64,000 bases of DNA from a bacterium UBP8_UBA817 (GCA_945898045.1 CAMDGG010000006.1:5393-69392); one strand, 5' to 3'. Positions 25,501-34,730 are shown, counted from the first letter of the stretch. A program made the numbers and translations. The notes: generated by a model from the letters alone, not told the origin.

Positions 25501-28500
25501 TTGCAACCACCAATACAGCACAGATCTACGACTTAACTGTAGCAGGAGCAGTGAATGTCAAAACACTCTTCATAAACGGGGATCAATTTATCCCCCAACC
25601 TAACCCATGGAAAACAAATAACCTCGACATCTACTACACAAGCGGAAACGTGGGGATCGGAACACGAACACCTTCTGCAAAACTTGAAGTTATTGGAACC
25701 GTGTCCGCAAACCAAATCATTCAAAGCGGTACATTTACGCTCAATGGAAGCTTAACGGCAAATAAATTAAGACTCAAAGATACCAGTGCCAATGTAACCC
25801 AATACGGAGAACTTGCAGTCACAAACGAAGAACTGGTTTACAAAGATCCAGCTGGCAATCTCAAGGTTATTTCGTCGCCTCTAAGAAGAGATTCAAGCGC
25901 AACCCTTGATGGAAACCTTGCGTATTGGATCGATAGGTCAACCGTTGGTGTCAGCAATATTGTATGGAAACATGCTACGAACGAATTAGTGGTATCAGGT
26001 AATCTAATCGTTAATGCCTTAGCGCAAGAAACCGACGGATTCACAGCACGCTCCCACATTTCAATGGGACTTCCTAATGCACTCGAACTCACAAGCACCA
26101 TTAATCATGGCGGAGATTTAAGAAATGTCAGGAGCTACACAGGGCAAAACATCCTCGTAAACGTACAAAGAAATTGGGGAAATATTAACACCCCCGTATC
26201 AGTAAGAGGCCTAGATATTGTTATAAAACAAACTGATAACAACCTGTTTTTAAACAGAGCAAGTGCTATTGGCCTCAACGTAGATGTATCCAAAGTAAAT
26301 GTCGATGTCGCTGGCGGTGGAAAAAAAGCAGCCGCTATCTTCACAGGAGGCTTTGTTGGCATTGGAACAACAACCCCACGTGCAGCACTTGAAGTAGTAG
26401 GAACCGTTTCAGCAAATTATTTTAATCTAACCGGCGGATTAACTGTACCTGAACTCTTTATTAATACAGATGCTCTCGTTGCCTACAAAGACCCATCCAC
26501 ACAAGCACCCCGAGTGGGCGTAGGTACCACAACCCCCAGAACAGAATTAGATGTTGTAGGTACCGTCTCTGCAAACGTATTTAATGTCGCAAACAATCTG
26601 ACAGCAGCTATTCTCAATGTCAATAAAGGTGCTCTCTTTGTAAATAGTGCCGGAAATGTTGGAATTGGAACCACACAACCCAATGGCCAAATTGAATTAA
26701 AAAAAACAATTACCACTACACCAAGCACCCCTTTCTTTGCTGAAAAAATTGGTGTCACGATAGACGGTGCTGGAAAAGATCAAACGTTTGCCTTTAATAA
26801 AATTTTAAGTGGCTTAGATATTACATTAGATTCAGGAACAGGAAGTCAAATCGGAAGTGGGAAAATCGCAACAGGTGTGAGTGTTAATTTAACAAATCTA
26901 GAACTGGATCCCGCAAGTACCGCGGTAGGGCTTAATGTAAATGTAACGGGTACAACAGGTAAACGATATGCCGCTATTTTTACAGGAGGTCGAGTAGGCA
27001 TCGGTATCACAGAACCCCAAGCAGAACTACATGTAAGCGGCAGTATTAAGGCCGACAACTTGATACTTGAAGGTACATTAGAAGCAAATATAGCCACGTT
27101 CAACAAGTTAACAATCAATAGAACAGGTTTATTTAACGGATCCGTTACTATTAATACACTTGCAGTTCTTGGGAAACTAAGTGCAAACAGTCTTACGCTT
27201 AGCACCCCTTTAACAGCAGCTCAAGGAACCTTTTCAACGCTCAACGCCCAAGTTGCATCCTTCAACAAAGTATCCATCAATACACTGCGCGTAAACAATA
27301 TAAATGGTCCCTCTGCAACAGCCACGCTTAACACCCTCACGGTGACAGAAAAAACGCGTGCACAATCGGTTGCAATCACCAACAGCCTCACCCTCTTAAA
27401 TGCAACCATGAATATTAATAGCAATACGTTAGTAATAACACCCAGCAAAAATGTAGGAATAGGCACCAGTACGCCGCTAACAACACTTCATATCGAAACT
27501 ACAAGATCTAGTACATTTGCGGCAGACGATAGCAATACGTGGAACGCCATTCGTATTCAAAACAACAACAATGCCATAAATTCAGCAGCGTCAATTTTAT
27601 TGGTTCCTGACGAACGTCGCCCCTCATTTAGCATAGGGTCTGGCATCTCCGCAGTCAGAAATAATGGTAACGCAAATTCTGGATCAGACTTGGTTTTTGT
27701 CACCGATAGAAATAGTGGTGCTCCCGTCGAAGGAATGCGCATTACTGAAGCTGGAAACATAGGTATTGGTACCACAACACCAAGAGCCCAACTTGATGTA
27801 CAGGGAACAGCTTGGTTCAATAGCACCGTAACAATAAATGGCACATTAGGTGTAGGAACTCTAAATAGCACAGGGAATTTAACAATTAATACACCCGCTG
27901 GGAAAAGCATCTTTCAAAATACCGTTTCTGCAAATGCCACTATACAAATACAAAATGGGTTATTCTTCAAAGGCACAACACCACCTACAGAACAAGCAGG
28001 TTATGGCGCACTATATATGCTCAGCACAGACAAAAATCTGTACTACCAAAATCCATCCGGTACCAGCATTAACTTAACCGCAGCCTATACCGGAAAAAAT
28101 GGCGTGATCCCATTCTTTAATTCCAAAAATAGTCTCGATGATACAGCACCTCTTTTCTGGAACAACACCAGCAAGACACTAACAGTCGGAACCAGCAATA
28201 TCGTGAGCAATGTTAAAATTATAAGCGTCATCGATAACAGTACCAATCCCACTGAATTTTCAGGGCAAAGTATATCCCTTGGATTTGGAAACCGTACAAC
28301 AGCTGGCACCTCTGTATTTTCAGGATTAAACATACAACTCAAAGGACAAACGCCAAACGATCCCTTTACATTTGGACGCTTAGCACAAAACGAAGTTGCA
28401 ATCGGATTAAATGTAGATGTTAGTAACCTGGCTGCAAGACGCACCAATTCATTGGGAAGTAGTCTTACAGGATTTAAATATGCCGCCATATTCACAGGAG

Positions 28501-31500
28501 GCAGTGTAGGTATCGGCACTAAAACACCCATTGCCTCACTACACATTGCAACAGATGTAACAGGAAACCCAAGTCTTATTATAGATAGCAAAAGTTCTGC
28601 AGGAACCCTCATCCAAAATGCCCTAGTGGTAAGCAGTAACAGCTTTATTGGTATGGGAACCGCCACTCCATTAGCAAGACTTCATGTCGTTGGATCTGAC
28701 AGTAGTACAAATAACGCTGCCCTCAGAATTGTAGATACAACAGGCAGCACACTGATGATCGTTAAAAATAACGGGAATATTGGTATCGGAAAAACCAACC
28801 CGCAATCCAAACTAGATATAAACGGAACATTAACCGCCACAACCGGTAGCTTTGACGGCGTAACCGCGACAACGTTAAATGTTGGTAATGGAAACCTTTT
28901 TGTAAATGCCAGTGGCAATGTAGGTATCGGCACCATCACGCCCACTGGAAATATTAATTTTTTCAAAAGAATTACAGCATCCAACATTCCTGATGGCAGC
29001 TTCACTTCACAAAAAATGGACCTTATTATATCTGGAGGAACCGTCAACAACCTATTTAGTCTAAACAAAGACATTACAGGCATAAATCTATCCCTAAGCT
29101 CAGAAGCCAACAACGTCCTTGCGGCCAGTAAAACAGCCACTGGGATTAAAATTGATATGAGCACTTTAGGAATACAAACCGGCACAACGGTAACCGGTCT
29201 TGATATCAACGTCACAGGAACAACCGGAACACGCTACGCCGCACTTTTCCAAGGTGGAAACGTAGGTATTGGGGTTACGCAACCAACAGCCTCCCTACAC
29301 GTCTCTGGAAATATCAAAACGACATCATTAATTAGCGATGGCAGCATCAATGTCGGAACTGTCACTGCCAATAGCTTACACATCGCTGGAGACGCGCAAT
29401 TTACGGGTAGTGTTACTATTAACTCACTGGTAGCTACCACCGTCTCAGCAAACAATTTAACCCTAACCGGAACACTCACATTAGAAAAAGCGAATCTTAA
29501 TATCCTCACAGGTACAACAGCCAAATTCACGAAGCTAGGTATCGGTGTAACCCCCAATAATGCTTTAGACGTCAGCGGAAACCTAACAGTATCCAAAGGA
29601 AGAATAGGTATCGGCACTACCGATCCCACAGCATTACTCCATCTCTCTGCTCTCAACCAAAACGCGCTTGTTATCGATGTAAAAAACGCAACAACGACAA
29701 CACTAAATGCACTACTCGTAAATAGCTCTGGATACATCGGCATAAGCACAGCCAACCCAACAGCAAAACTCAGTATCGTCGCAGATAACAGTAACGCTAC
29801 TGGCTATGCTCTAAAAATCAACAACCTCACCAAAACTATTTTAGCCCTACAAAATAATGGAAATATGGGTGTTGGGACAGCCAATCCAAAAGCAATACTG
29901 CATACAATAGGCACAGCGAGCACACCTCCCCTACGTGTAGATACAAGCACCCTTTCGTTTGCATTAGTTGCAAGTCAAAATGGCAGAATTGGTGTAGGTA
30001 CAGCAAATCCACAAGCCCTACTCCATATTGTAAACAGTAGTATTGCTCCATTCAAAGTAGGTACCTCAGCCCAGCCCAATGCACTATGGGTTGATACAAG
30101 TGGTCGGGTAGGAATTGGCAGCACTACCTTTACATTTCCATTAAACGTCAGCGGAAACATGTTGCTAGGATCAGATCCTTCAGGTAGCAGTTTACCCTCT
30201 TGGGTTACAAGCGCAAAAACAGCCGGTGTACTAGCAAATAGAGGCACTAAATATGCCTTCTTTGGGGCAAAAGAAAAAACAACGATCGCCAATGATTATA
30301 ATGCCGTCATCAGCTGGAAAACAGCGGACACATTAACATTCGAAAACACCACAAAACCTCTCTTCTTTATTCAAGGAAGTGGCCAAGTAGGTATAGGGGC
30401 AACGTCAAATGCACAATTAAATGTGAGTGGAAACGGTACCACCCCAGTTCTTCAAATTGGCACTGCAAGTGCGCCTTTTGCTCTAATCGTTTCGGCTAAT
30501 GGTCGTGTAGGAATCGCAACTTCCAACCCCTCCGCAGAACTAGCTATTAACGGGACATTAATGGCCAAAAAACTAACTATTTTAAGCGATACAGTTAGCG
30601 TATCCACTCTCAACGTCACAAAACAGCTAACCATATCCCGAACCATTACAAATGCGACTAAACCAGCAACGGCTCAAAGTATTACAGTCAATCTTGGGGC
30701 AGACGTCGCCAAAAATATTGTCGGAGTAGACATCACGCTCAAATCTTCTCAACATAGCTCTTTAGCGAGAAACAATTCTCTCTACAATGCCAATGCATAT
30801 GGATTAAAAGTGGATATGACTGATCTTGAAAACCAAGACCCTACACTTGGAAATGCAGCCAATGGCAATAAATATGCGGCCACATTTACAGGGGGCGCAG
30901 TCGGCATCGGAACACTCAGACCCTCCGTTCTATTCCAAGTGATCGGAGATGCCGGCGGAGACATTGCACAATTTGGCACAGTTGAAAATGCAGCCCTTAC
31001 GATACAAGATGTGGACGCAGGATTAATGCGTATCAACCTAGTAGACCAAACAGACGTTTTAACCAAACATGAAACCCTCGTCTTTTATAAAGATATTGTT
31101 GGAATCGGCACCAATACAGATACCATCAAAGCAGAAGATGCCAACACCAAATTGCTTGTAAATGGAGATGTTCGTGTTGGGGTACTAAGAAACAGCGGAC
31201 AACTTAACATGGCTGGAGTCGCTGACCCAACAAATGAACCCAGAGCCTATGGTGCTAAACTGTACTTTTCAGGAGCGGCAGACGTATCAACTCAGTATGA
31301 TAACGACAATAACAGTCCCCTTTGGATGGCTAGATACAACCGTGGCAACCAAATTTCTGAATTACGTGTCAATGTCGGAAATGGAGACGGTGATAAATTT
31401 GTTGTGGGCACCGCAGTGGGTGGCAGTAATTTCAAACCCATCTTACTTGCTATTCCAAAAAGTACGACCGGCGCAAACAGAGTAGGTATAACAGACGGAA

Positions 31501-32336
31501 CCCTATCAAGCTTTACCCCCACAGCACCATTACATGTCATCGGTAGTACGTCAGGCTCTTCAGAATCAGCATCAAGCCACCTCGTCGTAATAGAAAATAC
31601 AGGCGGTGCAAGTTCTGACAGTCTTGTTATCTGGCATAATGGTTACCAAACACCATCAAATGCATCAAAAGTACCTACAACATCTAACTTTATTACCTTT
31701 ATGGATAAAACAGCAGTGTTAGGTGAAATCGAAGGTAGCGGTGGAAACGGAGTACGGTTTAAAACAGCCGGAGCGGACTATGCAGAGTATCTTCCGAAAA
31801 TAGATCCTACAGAAAAAATTAATAAAGGAGATATCGTCGGTGTCTTCAACGGCAAGATCAGCAAAAACACAGCTGGGGCAACACAAATTATGGTTCGAAG
31901 TACAGACGCAGGTGTTGCAGGAAACTGGCCTGGAAAGAAAAATGTCGGCAACTATGAACTCATCGCATTTTTTGGACAAGTTAAAGTCAATGTTTCTGGT
32001 CCTGCTCATAAAGGTGATTTCATTTTACCGTCCAATAAAAATGACGGGACTGGTGTAGCTGTATCAGAACAAAGAATTCATTCAGAACAAATCCCACAAA
32101 TACTAGGACGCGTTTGGGAAGATAAGCCTGGAAATGAGACCGCCAGCGTTCTAACGGCAGTTGGATTTAATTTTAGTATTCCATCACTCAGAAGTGAGAG
32201 TGCAGCCATCTCTACACTTAAAAATGAGTTAGAAACCCTCAGAAATAAGCAACAGGATTTAAGCACCCAATTTGAGGAAAAACTTGAGGCCCAAAATAAA
32301 GAAATTGACGCATTGATACTAAAGCTGAAAAAATAA
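22575..32336 (+). CDS. giant secreted fibre/adhesin-like repeat protein, tail-fibre-like (paralog B, 3253 aa; true start may be 22608 or 22659)
   Basis: Uninterrupted 9.8-kb ORF. A Lys-rich extension is followed by the signal-like LWISILFLGLLTTVSFA. About 35 GNVGIGT-type motifs. Co-linear with paralog A from the N-terminal domain (TFQ..L....V.VG.Y.G...W.E) to the C-terminal ADYAEY domain and coiled coil. Confidence 0.85.
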   Translation: MKCKFFQKRLDMKNKKIKKNKGIIVKTLMKTKTLITQAHLWISILFLGLLTTVSFADTPMVLTFQATLATQQGGLVQGRNKVTVGIYPGNSTVATWLEPHENVLFINGSCSIILGNIQPLTADHLNITNPRFGLQVGNNSQIAYFPVPATPYSIQAKVADSALAVSANNISGTFTNPVRINANLSVGDTTLYANPTSGKVGIGTTAPTYKLDVAGIINATGFKINGTDLESSLSWQKNANSGLYYTQGNVGIATQNPKSLLEVAGTINAQEIRIKGVELATLLATQLAWREGARPKDIYFNDGTQEGNVGIGTSQPRTKLDVAGAIRVGEAQSNALGSIQYKNNDFQGFTRTGWTSFASLTGIGSANQIPFWTNSTELTGSNNLVWDRTRNRLGIGTSNPTAQLSMTAIDANRALVRIDSSLGKSLFYVGSQNIGIGTSTPNSKLSVKGVVDAEAFLVKGVPIAQALSSSSFWIFQNDGRIYYDRGNVGIGTTNPKNLLELAASPSHDPIITFDIASTPAFSLGISELNPDAFILGKGGDLKNPIFVFNGNKIGVGLTNPSANLHVSGNNGVLFTGNLNNGVPLGIKGEGTRLVWHPGKAAFRAGYVQRKQWDDENIGLYSVAMGYNPSANGLASVAAGGYESDAAGNYAVVAGGFQNKAKGIHSFAAGHQAQALHSGAFVWSDYSPTASETSFKSIASNQFVLRASNGVGIGTNLTAGNGLTVASDLNDTYIINALKPNGTSAMIVNVSGNVGLGTTEPGISRLAVMNGKVGIGTTTPIAQLTVSGNTPEGFLFVAYKNNGQPGLFIKNDGKIGLGKPLSYVFPDDVYLAISGAVVGNAFAIQNPNGSTTPIESNPGSPWAIPSENLSSTFFNKGFVGIGTRAPASLLELSNAASATRNPVITFDTDGVKRFSLGTTANVFTIQKGGNINSKNPLFALTDNGSGGGGLGIGIGYKTPSASLHVSGNSMFTSKVVIATTNTAQIYDLTVAGAVNVKTLFINGDQFIPQPNPWKTNNLDIYYTSGNVGIGTRTPSAKLEVIGTVSANQIIQSGTFTLNGSLTANKLRLKDTSANVTQYGELAVTNEELVYKDPAGNLKVISSPLRRDSSATLDGNLAYWIDRSTVGVSNIVWKHATNELVVSGNLIVNALAQETDGFTARSHISMGLPNALELTSTINHGGDLRNVRSYTGQNILVNVQRNWGNINTPVSVRGLDIVIKQTDNNLFLNRASAIGLNVDVSKVNVDVAGGGKKAAAIFTGGFVGIGTTTPRAALEVVGTVSANYFNLTGGLTVPELFINTDALVAYKDPSTQAPRVGVGTTTPRTELDVVGTVSANVFNVANNLTAAILNVNKGALFVNSAGNVGIGTTQPNGQIELKKTITTTPSTPFFAEKIGVTIDGAGKDQTFAFNKILSGLDITLDSGTGSQIGSGKIATGVSVNLTNLELDPASTAVGLNVNVTGTTGKRYAAIFTGGRVGIGITEPQAELHVSGSIKADNLILEGTLEANIATFNKLTINRTGLFNGSVTINTLAVLGKLSANSLTLSTPLTAAQGTFSTLNAQVASFNKVSINTLRVNNINGPSATATLNTLTVTEKTRAQSVAITNSLTLLNATMNINSNTLVITPSKNVGIGTSTPLTTLHIETTRSSTFAADDSNTWNAIRIQNNNNAINSAASILLVPDERRPSFSIGSGISAVRNNGNANSGSDLVFVTDRNSGAPVEGMRITEAGNIGIGTTTPRAQLDVQGTAWFNSTVTINGTLGVGTLNSTGNLTINTPAGKSIFQNTVSANATIQIQNGLFFKGTTPPTEQAGYGALYMLSTDKNLYYQNPSGTSINLTAAYTGKNGVIPFFNSKNSLDDTAPLFWNNTSKTLTVGTSNIVSNVKIISVIDNSTNPTEFSGQSISLGFGNRTTAGTSVFSGLNIQLKGQTPNDPFTFGRLAQNEVAIGLNVDVSNLAARRTNSLGSSLTGFKYAAIFTGGSVGIGTKTPIASLHIATDVTGNPSLIIDSKSSAGTLIQNALVVSSNSFIGMGTATPLARLHVVGSDSSTNNAALRIVDTTGSTLMIVKNNGNIGIGKTNPQSKLDINGTLTATTGSFDGVTATTLNVGNGNLFVNASGNVGIGTITPTGNINFFKRITASNIPDGSFTSQKMDLIISGGTVNNLFSLNKDITGINLSLSSEANNVLAASKTATGIKIDMSTLGIQTGTTVTGLDINVTGTTGTRYAALFQGGNVGIGVTQPTASLHVSGNIKTTSLISDGSINVGTVTANSLHIAGDAQFTGSVTINSLVATTVSANNLTLTGTLTLEKANLNILTGTTAKFTKLGIGVTPNNALDVSGNLTVSKGRIGIGTTDPTALLHLSALNQNALVIDVKNATTTTLNALLVNSSGYIGISTANPTAKLSIVADNSNATGYALKINNLTKTILALQNNGNMGVGTANPKAILHTIGTASTPPLRVDTSTLSFALVASQNGRIGVGTANPQALLHIVNSSIAPFKVGTSAQPNALWVDTSGRVGIGSTTFTFPLNVSGNMLLGSDPSGSSLPSWVTSAKTAGVLANRGTKYAFFGAKEKTTIANDYNAVISWKTADTLTFENTTKPLFFIQGSGQVGIGATSNAQLNVSGNGTTPVLQIGTASAPFALIVSANGRVGIATSNPSAELAINGTLMAKKLTILSDTVSVSTLNVTKQLTISRTITNATKPATAQSITVNLGADVAKNIVGVDITLKSSQHSSLARNNSLYNANAYGLKVDMTDLENQDPTLGNAANGNKYAATFTGGAVGIGTLRPSVLFQVIGDAGGDIAQFGTVENAALTIQDVDAGLMRINLVDQTDVLTKHETLVFYKDIVGIGTNTDTIKAEDANTKLLVNGDVRVGVLRNSGQLNMAGVADPTNEPRAYGAKLYFSGAADVSTQYDNDNNSPLWMARYNRGNQISELRVNVGNGDGDKFVVGTAVGGSNFKPILLAIPKSTTGANRVGITDGTLSSFTPTAPLHVIGSTSGSSESASSHLVVIENTGGASSDSLVIWHNGYQTPSNASKVPTTSNFITFMDKTAVLGEIEGSGGNGVRFKTAGADYAEYLPKIDPTEKINKGDIVGVFNGKISKNTAGATQIMVRSTDAGVAGNWPGKKNVGNYELIAFFGQVKVNVSGPAHKGDFILPSNKNDGTGVAVSEQRIHSEQIPQILGRVWEDKPGNETASVLTAVGFNFSIPSLRSESAAISTLKNELETLRNKQQDLSTQFEEKLEAQNKEIDALILKLKK
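23166..31544 (+). repeat. array of ~35 degenerate GNVGIGT-x-x-P-x-x-x-L-x-V-x-G motifs (paralog B)
   Basis: Examples are GKVGIGTTAPTYKLDVAG, GNVGIGTSQPRTKLDVAG, GNVGIGTRTPSAKLEVIG, GRVGIGITEPQAELHVSG, GNVGIGVTQPTASLHVSG and GRIGVGTANPQALLHIV. The super-module GLNVDVS...KYAAIFTGG-VGIGT recurs near 26260, 28390 and 30790. Confidence 0.85.
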
Positions 32337-32365
32337 AGCACTAATCCCCAGGAGGATACACCATT

Positions 32366-32833
32366 ATGTATGTCAACCGATCTGTAGAACTATCATCTGA
32401 AAACGAACATCGTTTTCAAAACTTCATTGTATTTGAACCTGCCTCATCCAGAGTAGGCGACTGTGACATCCTCATCAAAAGTGAAAAAGTAAGAGACCTG
32501 TATGAGCGCATCTACACCAATCTCGAAGAAAGCCACGCAATCAAAGATCGTATTCTCAAAAATAGGCTTGTTAAAATAGGCCAAATGTTAGATCTACTTG
32601 TTGTGTATGATCACGTCATTATTACCAAATTTTTCGACCGGATCTGGAGACGCTATTCGTACATCAGCAATATCGGAGAACTCTTTTTAGATTACCCTAC
32701 CTTCATACACCATTTCCCAGAATACAAAGAGAAAAAGACAGAATTACTCGCCCAACGCATTGACGATGACGATGACGAAGAAGCTGACGGAGATGACGTC
32801 GAAATCGCAGATCCAGTAAAAACAGAAGAATAA
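32366..32833 (+). CDS. hypothetical protein with poly-acidic C-terminal tail
   Basis: AGGAGG lies 8 nt upstream of the ATG. 155 aa with no signal peptide or TM. The C-terminus is QRIDDDDDEEADGDDVEIADPVKTEE. I recognise no family. Confidence 0.55.
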   Translation: MYVNRSVELSSENEHRFQNFIVFEPASSRVGDCDILIKSEKVRDLYERIYTNLEESHAIKDRILKNRLVKIGQMLDLLVVYDHVIITKFFDRIWRRYSYISNIGELFLDYPTFIHHFPEYKEKKTELLAQRIDDDDDEEADGDDVEIADPVKTEE

Positions 32834-32835
32834 AC

Positions 32836-33930
32836 ATGGCCTTATCTGTCGGTATCGTCGGCCTGCCAAACGTCGGAAAATCCACCTTATTCAATGCCAT
32901 TACAAACGCATCCGTCGACGCACAAAATTATCCATTTTGTACGATTGAACCCAATTCAGGCATCGTCCCCATCAATGACCCACGCATTGATAAGCTATCT
33001 GAAATTAGTCAGACCCAAAAACGCATCTATGCAACCATCGAATTTACAGATATTGCAGGGCTTGTAAAAGGAGCCTCAAAGGGTGAAGGTCTAGGAAATA
33101 AATTCTTAACCAACATCCGAGAAACATCTTCGATTGCACACATTGTACGTTGTTTTGAAGACGATAATATCATCCATGTAGAAGGCAAAGTAAACCCCAT
33201 TGCAGATATTGAAATCATCAATTTAGAATTAATTTTAGCCGACTACGATATGGTCGAAAAATTAGTCGACTCTCAAAGAAAACGCACAAAATCTAATCAA
33301 AAAGATGAAGTCAAAAAACTAGAACTCTTAGAACGCATTAAAGCACAGCTTGAAAAAGAAAAACCCATCCGACATCTTCAATTTACAGAAGAAGAATCGC
33401 TCATATTAAAAGGCATCCATTTTTTAACTGCCAAAAAAGTCATCTACGTTGCAAATATCTCCGAAGGTATGATTGGACAACCCAATCCACTAGTTGATAT
33501 CGTCAAAAATTATGCAGCAGAAAATGGCGAGACTTGCTTGGAAATATGTGCCAAACTTGAATCTGAACTTTCTCAATTATCATCTGAAGAAAAACAAGCC
33601 TATCTACAAGAATTTGAGCTTGAACATACCGGTTTAGATCGATTAGCCACCGCTTGTTTTTCATTACTTGATCTACAAACTTATCTCACAACAGGCGTCA
33701 AAGAAACACGTGCCTGGACTATTCCATTGGGATGCACCGCACCCCAAGCCGCCGGCGTCATTCATACCGATTTTGAAAAAGGGTTCATCCGCGCCAATAT
33801 CATGAGCTATGAACAATTCGTAAGCTGTGGTGGATGGAAAAATGGCAAAGACAAAGGACTCGTCAGACAAGAAGGGAAAGAATACATCATGCAAGATGGA
33901 GACGTGGTTGAATTTCTATTCAACGTTTAA
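32836..33930 (+). CDS. ychF: redox-regulated ribosome-binding ATPase YchF
   Basis: [17 protein letters not shown]-loop, [20 protein letters not shown], and a C-terminal TGS-like ...[19 protein letters not shown]. Confidence 0.93.
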   Translation: MALSVGIVGLPNVGKSTLFNAITNASVDAQNYPFCTIEPNSGIVPINDPRIDKLSEISQTQKRIYATIEFTDIAGLVKGASKGEGLGNKFLTNIRETSSIAHIVRCFEDDNIIHVEGKVNPIADIEIINLELILADYDMVEKLVDSQRKRTKSNQKDEVKKLELLERIKAQLEKEKPIRHLQFTEEESLILKGIHFLTAKKVIYVANISEGMIGQPNPLVDIVKNYAAENGETCLEICAKLESELSQLSSEEKQAYLQEFELEHTGLDRLATACFSLLDLQTYLTTGVKETRAWTIPLGCTAPQAAGVIHTDFEKGFIRANIMSYEQFVSCGGWKNGKDKGLVRQEGKEYIMQDGDVVEFLFNV

Positions 33931-34720
33931 ACTTCTTTTAAAGGGCATATTGATCGGTCTCACCGCCGTCATACCTAGCATTAATTTTTCTGCGATGAGT
34001 GTAATCACAGGCACCTATGACAAACTAATCCTCCTGATTACTCACCCCACCCATAAAAAACCCTGGCCGTTTCTAATCTTTTTGATCAGCGGCATTCTGA
34101 TTGGCATCTTCTACATTTCAAAAATAACGGACCATCTCTTAACCCAATATCCCCAACCAGGTTACTTCCTCATGATCGGGCTCATTCTAGGAACCCTTCC
34201 AGGCCTATACAAAAGCAAACGAGAGATGAAATTTTCAATAACAAAATGCATAGCACTTGTAGCAACATTTGCCATTATCCTAGCGCTCAATTTATTCCCA
34301 GGCGCCGCAGACGTAACCACCTCGGAACAGTTCAACCCAGCATCAACGGGCAACATCGCCTATTTATTTTTATCAGGCCTCGTCACCGGTGCCAGCCTCT
34401 TACTTCCAGGTACAAACGGCTCCTTCATGCTCCTCATGCTCGGCAGCTATCACATTATCGCCGGATCTCTTATGAGCTGGAATATTTCTGTCTTACTCCC
34501 CTCAGCATTCGGCATGATTATTGGTCTCCTCTTAATTCTTAAACTACTAGAATGGGGAATCAAAAAATTCAGAGGGCATACTCATTACGCACTGCTCGGC
34601 CTCGTCATTGGCAGCATCCCTAAATTATGGCCAGGCGTAGACTTCAATCTCACAACCCTCCTAAGTATCGCCATAGGAATCTTAGGCATTGGAATCGGGT
34701 ATCAGTTACAGGAACATTAG
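33896..34720 (+). CDS. DUF368-family polytopic membrane protein (family of the PopT undecaprenyl-phosphate translocase); start uncertain
   Basis: Multi-TM protein with two internally repeated halves. The second half has LLLPGTNGSFMLLMLGSY, resembling the DUF368 PGVSGG-x-x-x-x-x-G-x-Y motif. I chose the ATG at 33896 (METWL...) to reduce overlap with ychF, whereas the track start is 33827. Confidence 0.55.
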   Translation: METWLNFYSTFKLLLKGILIGLTAVIPSINFSAMSVITGTYDKLILLITHPTHKKPWPFLIFLISGILIGIFYISKITDHLLTQYPQPGYFLMIGLILGTLPGLYKSKREMKFSITKCIALVATFAIILALNLFPGAADVTTSEQFNPASTGNIAYLFLSGLVTGASLLLPGTNGSFMLLMLGSYHIIAGSLMSWNISVLLPSAFGMIIGLLLILKLLEWGIKKFRGHTHYALLGLVIGSIPKLWPGVDFNLTTLLSIAIGILGIGIGYQLQEH

Positions 34721-34730
34721 AACAATATTC

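Noticed and set aside
10237-32336. Diversity-generating retroelement or cassette-type antigenic variation acting on the giants.
   Set aside because: No reverse transcriptase, no template-repeat/variable-repeat pair with adenine-specific differences, and no silent truncated cassettes are visible in the window. The two paralogs are diverged along their whole length rather than mosaic. This cannot be excluded genome-wide.
10596-32341. About 45 minus-strand ORFs of 60-190 aa listed inside the two giant genes (e.g. 28085-28666, 28682-29215, 29234-29755).
   Set aside because: They are antisense shadows. They repeatedly contain (V/G)PIPT(L/F)P, the reverse-complement translation of the GNVGIGT motif. 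They are embedded in two uninterrupted 10-kb plus-strand frames with clear protein-like repeat structure, and none has its own recognisable motif or RBS context.
33827-33895. Track start of the DUF368 ORF, which gives a 104-nt overlap with ychF.
   Set aside because: The Lys/Ser-rich N-terminal 23 aa are encoded within the conserved YchF C-terminus and look like out-of-frame read-through. The internal ATG at 33896 was chosen, although the true start remains uncertain.
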